A stretch of DNA of 64,000 nt from a virus. The stretch lies in IMG/VR virus record IMGVR_UViG_3300037524_000649, one strand, 5' to 3'. Below are positions 37,470 to 48,079 of this stretch, one piece after another. The notes under the pieces were generated by a model. It had not been told where the DNA came from. It worked only from the letters and a program-made list of their open reading frames with translations, and searched no databases. Both the position numbers and the translations under genes were made by a program. Each line of letters starts with the position of its first letter. Position 1 is the first letter of the stretch.

Positions 37470-38858
37470 ATGGCCAAGATCACGGACGGCGACGATCTCA
37501 ACGTCGGCACGGAAATCACGCTCGACACGTCTGCCAAGACGTTCACGCTCGTCGCCGCAGGCAACCTCGTGGCGAAGGACGGCGTGACGCTGCAGGCGCT
37601 CTACTCCAAGTTCATCAAGCTGTGGGAGTCGAGCACCTACAACAAGTACCCCTTCCCGATGTACGCGATCGACGCCCTGTCCGGTCAGTTCCAGTTCGGC
37701 ACGGACGGCGGTTCGCCAAACGGCTGGAAACCGTCTGGAGACACCACGCGGCAGATGCTCAGGGACGGCGGCTGGTCTGAGTACAGCAATGCCGGAGTAC
37801 TCAACCGCCAGTACGTCGGCATCGTCGCGCTGGCCTCTGGCTTCCCCTCTGGTGCGCAGTTCTACTACCAGAAGGATTCGGGCGGCGCGGCGGCGAACTT
37901 CACCTTCACGGATGCGCCCAACGAGGGCATTCAGGTCTACGGTGACAGCACCAACGGCAACTTCGACAACCGGACCTACTTCAAGCTCTTCTGTCGCGAG
38001 CCGAATTACACGTTCGACGACGCAGTACTCGGTGACGTCGGTCTGTCCGCCACTGGTGCGTTCAAGGTCTCGCTGCCTATTTCCGTCGGCACCGACCTCA
38101 AGACTTACTCCAGCGGCTCGCCGATCCTCGACGCGGCCATGTCTGGTGCGCCGTACTCCAGCCTGTCACTGACGTGGTACGCGACTGACCAGAACAAGAC
38201 GATCGGTTCTGGCAGCTACCCGTTCCGCATCATCGTCGACAACACGACGGCGAATGCAACGCTGGAGCAGATCTATACCTGGATCCAGTACAAGCTGCGC
38301 CAGAACTCCGACATCGACGCCGGCTCGGGCACCGTCAACGGCAAGACCCAGGCGTCGCTCATGAGCTTCACCGGCGACACCTTGTACTGTTCGCAGGACG
38401 TGTTCATCGATGGCGTGCTGTCCGCCGACCTGAACCGCATCTACTTCATCGACCACAACGCGGTGCAGCGGTACTACCCCTATGCATCGGCTGGCGTGCT
38501 CAACTTCAACAGCTTCCTCACGCAGGGCGGCACCGGCTACTACCGCATGTACTTCACCAACGACGACGCCGGCGACAACGCGGGCGACGACTACGGCACG
38601 GCCAACGCCATCACGGTGAACGACAAGGACACCAACCCGATCGCTGGGTCGATCAGCTCGGGCTCGATCAGCTTCTCCTACGACTACGACGGTAACGTGC
38701 AGCGCGGTACCGGCTCCGACGGGGAAGACGCACCAGTCACGGTGGTGGCGGGCAACAAAGGCATCGCGAAACCGGTGGTGGCCACGGGCACGATCAGCCG
38801 GTCGAAGGGCATCTCCATCTCGCTCGTCGCCGAGCAGGATCGCGCCTACACCGCCTGA
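37470..38858 (+). CDS. probable virion structural protein (462 aa)
   Basis: Strong codon bias and beta-rich sequence. Confidence 0.75.
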   Translation: MAKITDGDDLNVGTEITLDTSAKTFTLVAAGNLVAKDGVTLQALYSKFIKLWESSTYNKYPFPMYAIDALSGQFQFGTDGGSPNGWKPSGDTTRQMLRDGGWSEYSNAGVLNRQYVGIVALASGFPSGAQFYYQKDSGGAAANFTFTDAPNEGIQVYGDSTNGNFDNRTYFKLFCREPNYTFDDAVLGDVGLSATGAFKVSLPISVGTDLKTYSSGSPILDAAMSGAPYSSLSLTWYATDQNKTIGSGSYPFRIIVDNTTANATLEQIYTWIQYKLRQNSDIDAGSGTVNGKTQASLMSFTGDTLYCSQDVFIDGVLSADLNRIYFIDHNAVQRYYPYASAGVLNFNSFLTQGGTGYYRMYFTNDDAGDNAGDDYGTANAITVNDKDTNPIAGSISSGSISFSYDYDGNVQRGTGSDGEDAPVTVVAGNKGIAKPVVATGTISRSKGISISLVAEQDRAYTA

Positions 38859-38870
38859 TAGGAGAGCCGT

Positions 38871-39377
38871 GTGGCTATCACCTTTGATGGCGCTACCAAA
38901 CGGATCATCCTCGACTCGACCTCCGTCACTGCGGCGGAGGTCTGGTCGAGGTGGTGCGATTGGCTGGATGACGACACCGACAACGGGCGGTGGCTCCCGG
39001 CGTTCCGTCAGGTAGGTGGCGACGACCTCGGCAGCGGGCTGTCAATTCCGCCCTACATCTTCCTGCTCAACGGCTGGCGGGTGCGGCCGATGGAGCAGAA
39101 CCACAACCTAACGATTACCGGCAACCTCTTCGTCGATGGCGGCGGCACTCCCGTCGTCGCGACGCTCGGGACGTACCAGGTCAACGTCGCCTACGTCGTG
39201 CCGGTCCAGGCGCAAGGCATCAGTACCTCCGGCTCATCCGGGCCGACCCCGTCTGACATCGCCGACGAGATCATGGCGCGGCTGCTCGCTGCGACGATCC
39301 CTGTCGACGTCAAGAAGATCAACGCCATCACCGTGGAGGGCTCCGGCGTCACGGGCGATGAGTGGGGGCCGGTGTGA
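38871..39377 (+). CDS. hypothetical structural-cluster protein
   Basis: AGGAG RBS, GTG start. Confidence 0.7.
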   Translation: MAITFDGATKRIILDSTSVTAAEVWSRWCDWLDDDTDNGRWLPAFRQVGGDDLGSGLSIPPYIFLLNGWRVRPMEQNHNLTITGNLFVDGGGTPVVATLGTYQVNVAYVVPVQAQGISTSGSSGPTPSDIADEIMARLLAATIPVDVKKINAITVEGSGVTGDEWGPV

Positions 39378-39601
39378 ACTTGGTCGCGTGGCTCCCGGGC
39401 ACTTGGCGCGCGGGGGCTTGGCGCGACGGGGCCTGGCTAGCGCAGCCCGATGAGCCGCAGCCCATCACGCGGTTTACGCTCTCGGCGGGCGGCTTCGAGC
39501 GACGTGTTGCGGAGTTGCGTCGGGCGGCGTTGGAGCGGGACGACGAAGACTTGTTGGTGATTCTCCGGGCAGTGCTGGAGTCAGGAGTCATGGATGGCTA
39601 G
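39374..39601 (+). CDS. small hypothetical protein (WxxGxW repeats)
   Basis: GTGA overlap. Confidence 0.55.
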   Translation: MNLVAWLPGTWRAGAWRDGAWLAQPDEPQPITRFTLSAGGFERRVAELRRAALERDDEDLLVILRAVLESGVMDG

Positions 39602-42600
39602 GTACGACGAGTGCTTGGGTAAGCTGGGCGACAAGGCGCAGTACCTTGAGACTGACCTGATCAAGTCGCTGGTCGATAAGTTCGGCGAGGCTGGCATGAA
39701 CAGCCGCGTCGCTCATCGTTCTGCCATCGAGCACATCCTGTCGGGCATCGACGAGGACCTCGGGCGCATCAAGACGCAGGCGCAGGAGTTCCTCGCACCG
39801 AGTGCTGAGCGCCAAGCGGCTGGTGGCCTGGCTACCGCAGCGCCCGCGGAGTCCACTGAGCCCGCAGCACCGAGTGCTGCGTCCCCCGCACCGGTTGCCA
39901 ATCCGAATGCCGTTCGTGAAGAGCGCGTGCGGCGCGTGCTGCGCCAGGCTCAGCTCTCAGCACTCCGTACTCAGCGCCAGGAGGAAGGGCCGCCGGCGCT
40001 GACCGACGAAGAGATCGATCGTCAGTCTGCTGGGATGGCGCCGACCGAGGACGCCGCGCCGGCTGCCGACGAGGGCATGGACAAGATCCCGCACTCTAAG
40101 GAAGAGCGCGCGGATGCGTGGAAGCAGCTGAGTGTGTTGCGCAAGCGCTTGAGCGAGGCAGAGGCAGCTGCTGCCAAAGAGGGGCGCGCGCTGTCGGTGA
40201 AAGACCGTGAGTTGGTCCACCACATCGTCCGCCTGCAGACGGTCGCGCACAGTGACAAGCCCATCGCCTGGCTCAAGGGCATGGTCACCAAGAAGGTGGA
40301 GAAGGCGAACGGGTACCTGAAGGCTTCGGAAGGCAACGGCAACTCCTGGGATGCTAGAGACCGCAGGCAAGCGGAGTCCCTGCGCTCCCTTGCGTACCTG
40401 ATCATGGAAGAAGCGCGCGGCTTCGCTGGCGTGATCAAGAAGCGCACTGGGGAGGTCGTGCCCACCGCTTGGTCTTCCGAGCGTCGTCCGGCGTCGTCCC
40501 GCGAAGCGGACGCGATGATCACGGCGCAGGCCGAGCAGGAGGGGGCGCGAACCGCGAACCAGCGCCCCAATCCGGTGTTTGCCGCCCGCGGCGAAGACGC
40601 TTACCGATGGGATGTGTTGCTTACTCGGCTGGATGACTTGCACAGATTGTGGGACATCCAGATCCCACGAGGTCACGGCGGCGGTCAGAAGTCGTACGAA
40701 ACCATCGCAAAGCACCTCGATGAGTATGACCAAATCCTCGCAGAAGAGCTGCCAGGGATAATACAGCAGCTTGAAGAGAGCGGTACTGGGACGGCCCGCG
40801 ATAAGCGGGCGCTTGAGGAAGCGAAGCTCGCCGTGCGGCGAGATCCTGAGTTTCATCGTCGGCGCGACCCACATAGGTATGACGCTAATATCCGGCGGGG
40901 AGACGAGATACGGCAGTACGCACGGCAGCAGCAAGCCGCTTCAGTAACCTCCGGTCAGCCCTCCGTCGCGCAGGACGGCACCGTCGCTGAGCCTGAGCAA
41001 GACATCCAGGCAGCGATGCAGGCGGTGCTTGACGGCCGCAAGCCCGCAGCGTACGACGCCACGGGCAAAGCCAAAGCGCTGAAGGGGCTCGTCACTGTCA
41101 AGGTCGATGGGGCGAAGTACTTCTACAAGGCCGGCGGTCCGTTCAAGCGCAACGACATCCTCCGGCTGCACGCCGAGGGCAAGCAGGCCGAGATCCTCGG
41201 TTACGAGCAGAACAAGGACGAAGTCCGCGACCCGGACAACTCGCCTGTCGTCAGCGCCATCGACGAGACGGGTGCGCACGTCAGCGATCAGCTCGTCGAC
41301 CCCGAGCGCGTTGAGGACGCTGCTGCGTCTGCGCAGGAGCAGGCGGGCGAGGGCGGTTCCGTTGAAGTCAGTACAGCGGATGAAGCTATTCGCCAGCGGC
41401 TTGCCCGCATGTCTGCGGAGGAGCTGGCTACCCCCGCGGTAGGGCGCTCTGGTCCCGTCACCGTTCAGGGTCCCTCGGTCGTAGCAGACCTAGAAGACGC
41501 ACCGCTCCGTGTTGGCAATGCTTACAGCGTGCTTGTGGTGCAGCCCAACCCTGATTACATCGTCTTTCTGCTCCGTAATGCGGCAGGGAAGGAAGCCCTT
41601 CTTGCCGGAAAGCCATCAAAAGACGGCGGCTACCGTTGGGATCTTGGCCCAGCCGAGAGAAGCAAGACCGGTGGGTTCCAGTCGGCGGGGGTGAGTCGCA
41701 ACATCTCGTCAGACCGGCTTGCGGAGCTTCTCGGTCCCGAGTTTGGCCCCAGGTTAGCCAACTTGGAAGAGACGGCTAAAGACCTTGAGGACATGCAGCG
41801 GGGCATCCTTAGTCTGGTGTCCCCCAATTTAGCAGCGCACTACGATGCTGCTGCGAATGACTTCGTCGAGCAAGTAGACCTCCGTCTTTACTCTCGTGGG
41901 TCGCTTGAACCTAAGAGGCTAGCTGCGTGGGCGGATCTTCGAGATCGTGCGAACTCCGTGCCCCCCGACGATGCGCTGGTAGACCAGGGGAATACGCTGA
42001 GTACCGGGCAGCGGGGCGCAGCTGTCGAACCTTCACAGGAGACTACCGATGAAGGGCAAGGGCAAGAAGAAGGGCGGGGGCGGCAAGAAGCGCTGCTAGC
42101 CGATGGGGCCGTGGGAGACCTCGCCGCGTGGCGCGAGCACGGCGAGGCTCTCCTGCGGTTGTATCACAACTACAAAGACCAGCCGGTGTCGGAGCTGGCT
42201 AAGCGCTTTGCGGATTCCACCAAAGAAATCCTCCGAAAAGTATTCCCCGGTGCTAAGAGCTTCGCACAGCGTATTGGGCTACTCAAGGCGCTGTACGACG
42301 TTCAGTTCGAGCAGGATGAACAGGGCCTGGACGCCGCTGTAAATGACCAGCAGACGACGACCGAGCGCGAAGCGCCGGCACCAGTCACTGTGCGGCTCAA
42401 CAAGAAGCGCGCGCGTGGCGGCGAGGCTCCGCTGACGACGAGCGAAGTTCGTGGCGTGGTCGCCGCGCTTCGCCAGCTCATCCCCGGCGTTACGCTGACC
42501 GAACTGCCGAATGGCGATTGGGACATCACCATTCAGGTGACGAACGACGAGCTGCAGCTGTTCCCGCAGAAGTCGGTGACGCAGTCCGTAGCACCGAGTG

Positions 42601-45600
42601 CTGGGCTCGACGCGCAGGATCTTCAGAAGGCGCTCGACGCGCTCGTGAACTCCCTGGCGACCGGCTTCAATAAGACGGAGAGTCGGCTGGAGGTCAAGGC
42701 GCGCGAGAAGTCCACCGAGGACAACTACACCGTCGCGCGGTTCAACCTGCCGGGCCTGGTCAACTTCGGCCGACAGCTGCTTGGGTACTACAAGCCGGCG
42801 GATCAGGCGACGCAGAAGCACGTCAGCGAAGCACTCGGTGCTGCGCTCGGGTTCATCAGCGAGAAGTACGTGCTGCCGGTCAAGAAGGCTTTGGCTGCTG
42901 GTAAGGCGCAGCAGGAGCAGCAGAGTACTACGCCGTCGATCAACAAGTCTCGCAACGCCACCGAGCTGGACATCCCCGACGACACCATCGTCTACACGAC
43001 GAAGAACGGCGAGGGCACGCTGACGTGGGACGACGTGCGCCAAGAGTCGCGCGGCTCCACCCAGCTCGACATGAACGAGGAGATCGAGGCCAAGGAGCCC
43101 GGTCTGCTGGCCAAGATCAAGGAGACCAACTCCGAGCGCGCTCGCATTGGTGCCTGGCTCGATGAGCTGAAGGCCGTCGAGAATCGCACGGCGCAGCAGA
43201 ACACCGAGCGCTCGATGCTGCTCGCTAAGATCAAGAAGCTCAAGGCCGAGAGCGAGGATCTGTACGCGCGGAAGAAAGCGGCGCGCAAAGCGGTCAACCG
43301 TGAGTGGATAAATCGCCGCGGGAAGGACGGCGAGGTAATTCGGGGCAAGCAGCGTACGGCAACAGAAGTTGACGACGTCGTACTGGAGAAGTACCAAGCA
43401 CTCAGTGCTGCGGTCGACGCGGCAGTCGCGGAGCAGCGCGCCGCCGAGGTTGCCGTAACGCGCGAGGAAGATGGCTTCGGAAGTGAGCCGAAGACGGTCG
43501 AGCGGCTGGCCAAGGCCAAGATGGCAGTGCAGCGCGCGGAGAGGGCGCTTGAGACCTATGTCGAGAAGATCGGCCTAGAGCGCTACGCGACCGAGACTGT
43601 CAGCGTCGACGGCACGATCGAAAACGAATTGATGACGCTTGCTGAGGAGCGCGGCATCCTGCACCAGATGGAAGCAGGCGTCGATCACATCGAGAACATG
43701 GAGGAAGACACCCAGGCGGAGCGCGAAGACGCCAAGCAGTCCGCCCTGGCGCGCGGAGCGCGCAACAAGAAGCCGCTGACTGAGGCGGAGAAGAAGGCGC
43801 GTGAGCGTGTGCAGGGGTACTTCGACGGCGAGCAAGTCGAGGCACTCGGTGGGGAGTCGATCAAGACGTTGGCCGGCGTAGTCCGCGGCGTGCTCAAGAC
43901 GCTCGGGCTGCAGACGCGGATTCGGCTGGTCGACGAGGCCGGGCTCGACCAACTCATCGCTACGTACAAGGACGTGGTCGACGCGAGCGAAGGCACGCAC
44001 GAGTCAGCCCAGTGGGCTCACGACCTGTTGCTCAGGATGCGCACCAAGGGCACTGGGTTCGGCTACTTCACTGCCATGGACATCATGTCGACTATGGAAG
44101 ACCGCATGCCGGTCATCTATATCAGCGACACGATAAAGATGGACAAGGGTGGCAAGCCGCGCGATATGCGCGACATGCGCAACAAGCTGAAGGTCCTAGC
44201 GCACGAGCTTGGGCACCTGATCGAGTTCACGTATCTGGACCAGGTGCGCAAGATGGCCAAGCACCAGGATCCGAAGGTGGCCGCAGAGGCCAAGGAGATG
44301 CTCGGCGGTCTTCAGGAGGCGTGGCTGCAGTCCGGGCAAAACCCAGAGGCGTTCTCTGAGTGGATGGCCAATCAGTTCGTTGCGTACGTCGCCAGCAGGG
44401 ATAGCAAGCTGCGCCGCACGTTCGAGGACGCGGGCAAGGTGACTGACAACAAGGGCGTGCGTGCGTTCCTTGAAGGACTGTACGACAAGATCCAGGAGCT
44501 GTGGGAAGTTCTGACGAAGAAGTACCGCCTGAGCCAGACGTATGACGACTTCATCACTGGCGTCATCGCGGAGATGCGTGGACGTAGCGAGGGGCGCACC
44601 GTCACGGGCGAGTACGGACGGCGCTTTGCGCGGGTAGCCGCGGAGTTCACGACCAGTCCGTACATGGAGCACTACAAGAACGCGCCATCGCGGAAAGAGA
44701 TGCTGGCGTTCACCCCGCCGATGCAGCGTCGCGCACGCTCGCTCATCGACTACGTGAAGCGCAACCCGCACGTCGTCAACGCGCGTGGCTGGGCCAGCGC
44801 CATGCACCGCTTCGGCACGCAGAGCATGGACAGCTATCTGCGCTCTCTCGGCCTGGATGACATCGCGGACATCTTCAACCACAGGCCAGGCGTAGACCGG
44901 CCGGGCGGCGTCGAGCCGATCGATCGCGAGCTGCGCCGGAGCTATGCCGAGTGGCACCGCAAGGCGAACACCCTGCTCGGGCGGTTCGCGGAGAAGAAGT
45001 GGTACCACGGCGCGCTCGGTTTCAAGGACGGTACGCTGAATACCGAGTCGGCGGTCTACAAGGACGTCGTCAGGGCACTGATCGGGCAGTACGATCCGCC
45101 GGCGGGCCCCGCTCGTGAAGCGGTGATGGAGATCCGCGCGTACTTCGAGGAGTTGTACAAGTACTTCCAGCAGATGGGCCTTGAGTTCCCGCACCGCAAG
45201 AACTTCTTCCCGACGATGTACCGGTCGAGCGAAGTCATCAACCGTGAGCGGGAGTTCATCCAGACGCTGCTCGATTTCGGGCTCTCCCGCAAGCAGGCGT
45301 TCGACATGTTCCGCACCGTCACGCACTCGGACGGTTCGATGATCTCTCCCGGGATCGGGTTCGGGCACATGAAGCACCGGCAGCTCAACCGCCAGGAGCT
45401 GAAGGTGCTGCACGACAAGGGATTCCTCGAAAGCGATCTGTCCACTGTGATGCTGCGCTACGCAGACCGCGGCATTCACAAGGCAATCGTGCAGCGGCAC
45501 TTCGGCAAAGAAGTGCTGCAGGACGACGGCTCCACGACCATCGAGCCGTTGGGCAAGCTCATGGAGCGCCTGAACAAGGCCAGGGCCAACGGCGACCTCA

Positions 45601-46796
45601 CGGCGTCCGAGCACGAGCGGGTGATGAACGTGATCATCCCCGGCCTGTTCGGGCAGCTGGGCGTCGACATGGACCCGCGCTGGAAGCGCTTCGAGGCGTT
45701 CGCTATCACCCTGGAGAACTTCCGCCTGCTCGCCGGCGCCACGCTGTCGTCTCTGCCCGACATCGCAGGCGTCTTTGTCCGCGGCGACTGGGACGCGCTC
45801 CAGTCTGGCATGCGCAAGATGCTCAGCAAGATGGATCGCGCGCAGATGCGCGAGCTGGCCGAGCGCCTCGGCGTGATCCGCGACGACTACACCACGCATG
45901 CGTTCAACGACGGGGTCGTCGACCAGTACATGGGAAGCGGATTCCGGCGGTGGAACGAGGCGTTCTTCCGCGCGATCGGCATGCACCACTGGACCAACTT
46001 CACGCGCATCGCGGCGTTGGCGTCCGCGGTCGACTTCATCAAGGCGAAGAGCGCCGCAGCGAAGACGAGTGACGCAGAGGCCAAGCAGCTGATGACGGAG
46101 CTGGGGCTCACCCCCGAGCAGGTGGACCGGTGGCTCGCGGACGGAGCACCGCCCCCGGCCGAGTGGGGCACCGAGTCGTTCGGCGAACATCGTGCTGTGT
46201 ACTCAGCGCTGAGCCAGTTCGTGGACGAGGCCATCATGCGGCCCAACGCATCCATTCGCCCCTGGTGGGGCAACGACCAGCGGCTGGCGGTGTTCTTCCA
46301 CCTCAAGAGCTTCATCTGGAACTTCCAGGAGGTCATGCTTCGGCGCCTGTGGTCCCAGGTCAAGACCGCCAAGGGCATGCACAAGGTCGCCCCCGTGGTT
46401 GCCTTCGCGGTTCCCTACATGCTGCTGGCTGCGCTCGGCTACGAGATCCGCCGCTGGCTGTCCTGGGGCGGCGAGCCGCCGAAGGGCAAGGAGGGCGGGG
46501 ACTACTGGTTCGAGGTGCTGCAGCGCTCCGGCGGCCTTGGCGTGTTCCAGCTGATGGTCGATTCGGAGGAGGCTGCGGACCGCGGCAAGCTCTGGCTGCT
46601 GGCGCCGCTTGGCCCCACGGTTGGGCATCTGGAGGAGTTCATCACGCAGCCGTTCTACGACTCGTTCCCGCGGTCTATTCCCCTGGTGGCCCAGAGCCCA
46701 GCACTCAAGGCTGCGCTGCAGAACACGTTTGAGGACGTCGGACTGTGGGATTTGCCAGCGGGTAAGCGGACCTACAACGACAAGCTGCTTCGATAG
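39594..46796 (+). CDS. giant (2400 aa) internal virion / polyvalent-type protein with HExxH zincin motif
   Basis: Uninterrupted ORF, LAHELGH at 44202-44216, helical C-terminal region with hydrophobic segments. Confidence 0.8.
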   Translation: MARYDECLGKLGDKAQYLETDLIKSLVDKFGEAGMNSRVAHRSAIEHILSGIDEDLGRIKTQAQEFLAPSAERQAAGGLATAAPAESTEPAAPSAASPAPVANPNAVREERVRRVLRQAQLSALRTQRQEEGPPALTDEEIDRQSAGMAPTEDAAPAADEGMDKIPHSKEERADAWKQLSVLRKRLSEAEAAAAKEGRALSVKDRELVHHIVRLQTVAHSDKPIAWLKGMVTKKVEKANGYLKASEGNGNSWDARDRRQAESLRSLAYLIMEEARGFAGVIKKRTGEVVPTAWSSERRPASSREADAMITAQAEQEGARTANQRPNPVFAARGEDAYRWDVLLTRLDDLHRLWDIQIPRGHGGGQKSYETIAKHLDEYDQILAEELPGIIQQLEESGTGTARDKRALEEAKLAVRRDPEFHRRRDPHRYDANIRRGDEIRQYARQQQAASVTSGQPSVAQDGTVAEPEQDIQAAMQAVLDGRKPAAYDATGKAKALKGLVTVKVDGAKYFYKAGGPFKRNDILRLHAEGKQAEILGYEQNKDEVRDPDNSPVVSAIDETGAHVSDQLVDPERVEDAAASAQEQAGEGGSVEVSTADEAIRQRLARMSAEELATPAVGRSGPVTVQGPSVVADLEDAPLRVGNAYSVLVVQPNPDYIVFLLRNAAGKEALLAGKPSKDGGYRWDLGPAERSKTGGFQSAGVSRNISSDRLAELLGPEFGPRLANLEETAKDLEDMQRGILSLVSPNLAAHYDAAANDFVEQVDLRLYSRGSLEPKRLAAWADLRDRANSVPPDDALVDQGNTLSTGQRGAAVEPSQETTDEGQGQEEGRGRQEALLADGAVGDLAAWREHGEALLRLYHNYKDQPVSELAKRFADSTKEILRKVFPGAKSFAQRIGLLKALYDVQFEQDEQGLDAAVNDQQTTTEREAPAPVTVRLNKKRARGGEAPLTTSEVRGVVAALRQLIPGVTLTELPNGDWDITIQVTNDELQLFPQKSVTQSVAPSAGLDAQDLQKALDALVNSLATGFNKTESRLEVKAREKSTEDNYTVARFNLPGLVNFGRQLLGYYKPADQATQKHVSEALGAALGFISEKYVLPVKKALAAGKAQQEQQSTTPSINKSRNATELDIPDDTIVYTTKNGEGTLTWDDVRQESRGSTQLDMNEEIEAKEPGLLAKIKETNSERARIGAWLDELKAVENRTAQQNTERSMLLAKIKKLKAESEDLYARKKAARKAVNREWINRRGKDGEVIRGKQRTATEVDDVVLEKYQALSAAVDAAVAEQRAAEVAVTREEDGFGSEPKTVERLAKAKMAVQRAERALETYVEKIGLERYATETVSVDGTIENELMTLAEERGILHQMEAGVDHIENMEEDTQAEREDAKQSALARGARNKKPLTEAEKKARERVQGYFDGEQVEALGGESIKTLAGVVRGVLKTLGLQTRIRLVDEAGLDQLIATYKDVVDASEGTHESAQWAHDLLLRMRTKGTGFGYFTAMDIMSTMEDRMPVIYISDTIKMDKGGKPRDMRDMRNKLKVLAHELGHLIEFTYLDQVRKMAKHQDPKVAAEAKEMLGGLQEAWLQSGQNPEAFSEWMANQFVAYVASRDSKLRRTFEDAGKVTDNKGVRAFLEGLYDKIQELWEVLTKKYRLSQTYDDFITGVIAEMRGRSEGRTVTGEYGRRFARVAAEFTTSPYMEHYKNAPSRKEMLAFTPPMQRRARSLIDYVKRNPHVVNARGWASAMHRFGTQSMDSYLRSLGLDDIADIFNHRPGVDRPGGVEPIDRELRRSYAEWHRKANTLLGRFAEKKWYHGALGFKDGTLNTESAVYKDVVRALIGQYDPPAGPAREAVMEIRAYFEELYKYFQQMGLEFPHRKNFFPTMYRSSEVINREREFIQTLLDFGLSRKQAFDMFRTVTHSDGSMISPGIGFGHMKHRQLNRQELKVLHDKGFLESDLSTVMLRYADRGIHKAIVQRHFGKEVLQDDGSTTIEPLGKLMERLNKARANGDLTASEHERVMNVIIPGLFGQLGVDMDPRWKRFEAFAITLENFRLLAGATLSSLPDIAGVFVRGDWDALQSGMRKMLSKMDRAQMRELAERLGVIRDDYTTHAFNDGVVDQYMGSGFRRWNEAFFRAIGMHHWTNFTRIAALASAVDFIKAKSAAAKTSDAEAKQLMTELGLTPEQVDRWLADGAPPPAEWGTESFGEHRAVYSALSQFVDEAIMRPNASIRPWWGNDQRLAVFFHLKSFIWNFQEVMLRRLWSQVKTAKGMHKVAPVVAFAVPYMLLAALGYEIRRWLSWGGEPPKGKEGGDYWFEVLQRSGGLGVFQLMVDSEEAADRGKLWLLAPLGPTVGHLEEFITQPFYDSFPRSIPLVAQSPALKAALQNTFEDVGLWDLPAGKRTYNDKLLR

Positions 46797-46799
46797 ACC

Positions 46800-46825
46800 C
46801 AGCCCCCGAGGGCCCCGGGTATTGT
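46800..46825 (+). promoter_or_regulatory. variant-box promoter (CCAGCCCC-N13-TATTGT) for the holin operon
   Basis: Intergenic, 7 of 8 box bases, strong -10-like hexamer. Confidence 0.55.
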
Positions 46826-46890
46826 AGCCACATCAAGGATGATGTTGCGGGCAGGGACGCCCCCCTTTCCTGGTAAGGACACCGCCCTCA

Positions 46891-47274
46891 GTGCATGACG
46901 ACGTGCAAAAGGACGTGCAAATCCACATCCACGAGCATGTAGGACCCCTCCGCGAGCGGGTCTCGAAGCTCGAAGGGCGTCTGGATGTGCATGATCGCGA
47001 GCTGTCCTTGCTACGGCAGGGTCTGGATTCACTGCGAGACCGCATTGACCAGACCAGAGAGGCGGTGTTGGACGCAATATCGACGCACGCCGCTAACGAG
47101 GTGGGCAAGCACGATGCCGTCGACAAGCGCATCTCGTGCTTGGCCGAGGCGGCAGCCGAGACAAAAGAGCAGATCCGGTCGGTCAAGGCGTGGATCGTGG
47201 GTATTGGTCTTGGCGCCGGCAGCGTAATCGCTGCGCTTACCCTCCTCGAAAAGTTTGGTGTCTTCCACCGCTGA
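46891..47274 (+). CDS. coiled-coil protein with C-terminal transmembrane helix (lysis-associated?)
   Basis: ORF track. AWIVGIGLGAGSVIAALTLL is hydrophobic. Confidence 0.7.
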   Translation: MHDDVQKDVQIHIHEHVGPLRERVSKLEGRLDVHDRELSLLRQGLDSLRDRIDQTREAVLDAISTHAANEVGKHDAVDKRISCLAEAAAETKEQIRSVKAWIVGIGLGAGSVIAALTLLEKFGVFHR

Positions 47275-47285
47275 CCGGAGGCCCT

Positions 47286-47720
47286 ATGGCTGTCCCGCTC
47301 CTCATAGGCGCGATGCCTGCGATTCTTGATGTCGGCCTGAAGGTCATCGATAAGCTCTTCCCGGATCCCAAGGCGGCCGAGTCGGCCAAGATGGAGCTGC
47401 TTCGCATGCAGCTCGACGGGCGTCTGGCCGAGCTAGCGGCGGAGACCAAGATCGCCGAAGCGCAGACGCAGACCAACAACATCGAAGCGACCAGCGCCAA
47501 CATCTGGCAGGCCGGCTGGCGCCCCGGCGCCGGTTGGGTGGGTGTCTTCGGGCTGGCATACGCCGCGGTTGTCCAGCCGTTCTTGAGCTGGTTCTCCGCC
47601 AGTCAGGGGTGGCCCCTGCCGCCGACGCTCGACGACTCGTTGCTGGGGTTCATCCTGACCGGAATGCTGGGTCTTGGCGCCTACCGCAGCTTCGAGAAGA
47701 CCAAAGGGGTCGCGTCGTGA
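47286..47720 (+). CDS. holin (3TM / GTA-release type)
   Basis: IDKLFPDP and WQAGWRPGAGW motifs, MLGLGAYRSFEK terminus. Confidence 0.8.
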   Translation: MAVPLLIGAMPAILDVGLKVIDKLFPDPKAAESAKMELLRMQLDGRLAELAAETKIAEAQTQTNNIEATSANIWQAGWRPGAGWVGVFGLAYAAVVQPFLSWFSASQGWPLPPTLDDSLLGFILTGMLGLGAYRSFEKTKGVAS

Positions 47721-48079
47721 TCGAGCAGTTGCGGATCCTCGGCAAGACCTACCAGATCGTCCGCACCGAGCACGTCGACGGCCTGTCGGCAGGCGAGTAC
47801 TTCGGCTCCTGCGATCACACGCGCAGCATCCTGACGATCAACGCCCGGCAAGAGATCCAGCAGGAGCGCGATACCGTGCTGCACGAGGTGCTGCACGCGA
47901 TTGACTACACCATGCAGCTCGGCCTCAAGGAGCGCCAGGTCCACGCACTTGGGTCTGGGCTCCTGGCGGTGCTCACCGACAACCCCGAGCTGGCGTTCTA
48001 CCTGGCCGGGCATCTGGTTGAGGTCGTCGACGAGAAGCCGGCGACCAAGAAAACGCAGCGACGCCGCAAGGCTACCTAG
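47717..48079 (+). CDS. small zincin-like metallopeptidase-domain protein
   Basis: DTVLHEVLHAI followed by a downstream E in ERQV. Confidence 0.75.
   Translation: MIEQLRILGKTYQIVRTEHVDGLSAGEYFGSCDHTRSILTINARQEIQQERDTVLHEVLHAIDYTMQLGLKERQVHALGSGLLAVLTDNPELAFYLAGHLVEVVDEKPATKKTQRRRKAT

Noticed and set aside
39594-46796. Virion RNA polymerase as in N4-like phages
   Set aside because: No T7-type polymerase motifs were recognised in the 2400-aa protein, despite the N4-type capsid and rII genes.
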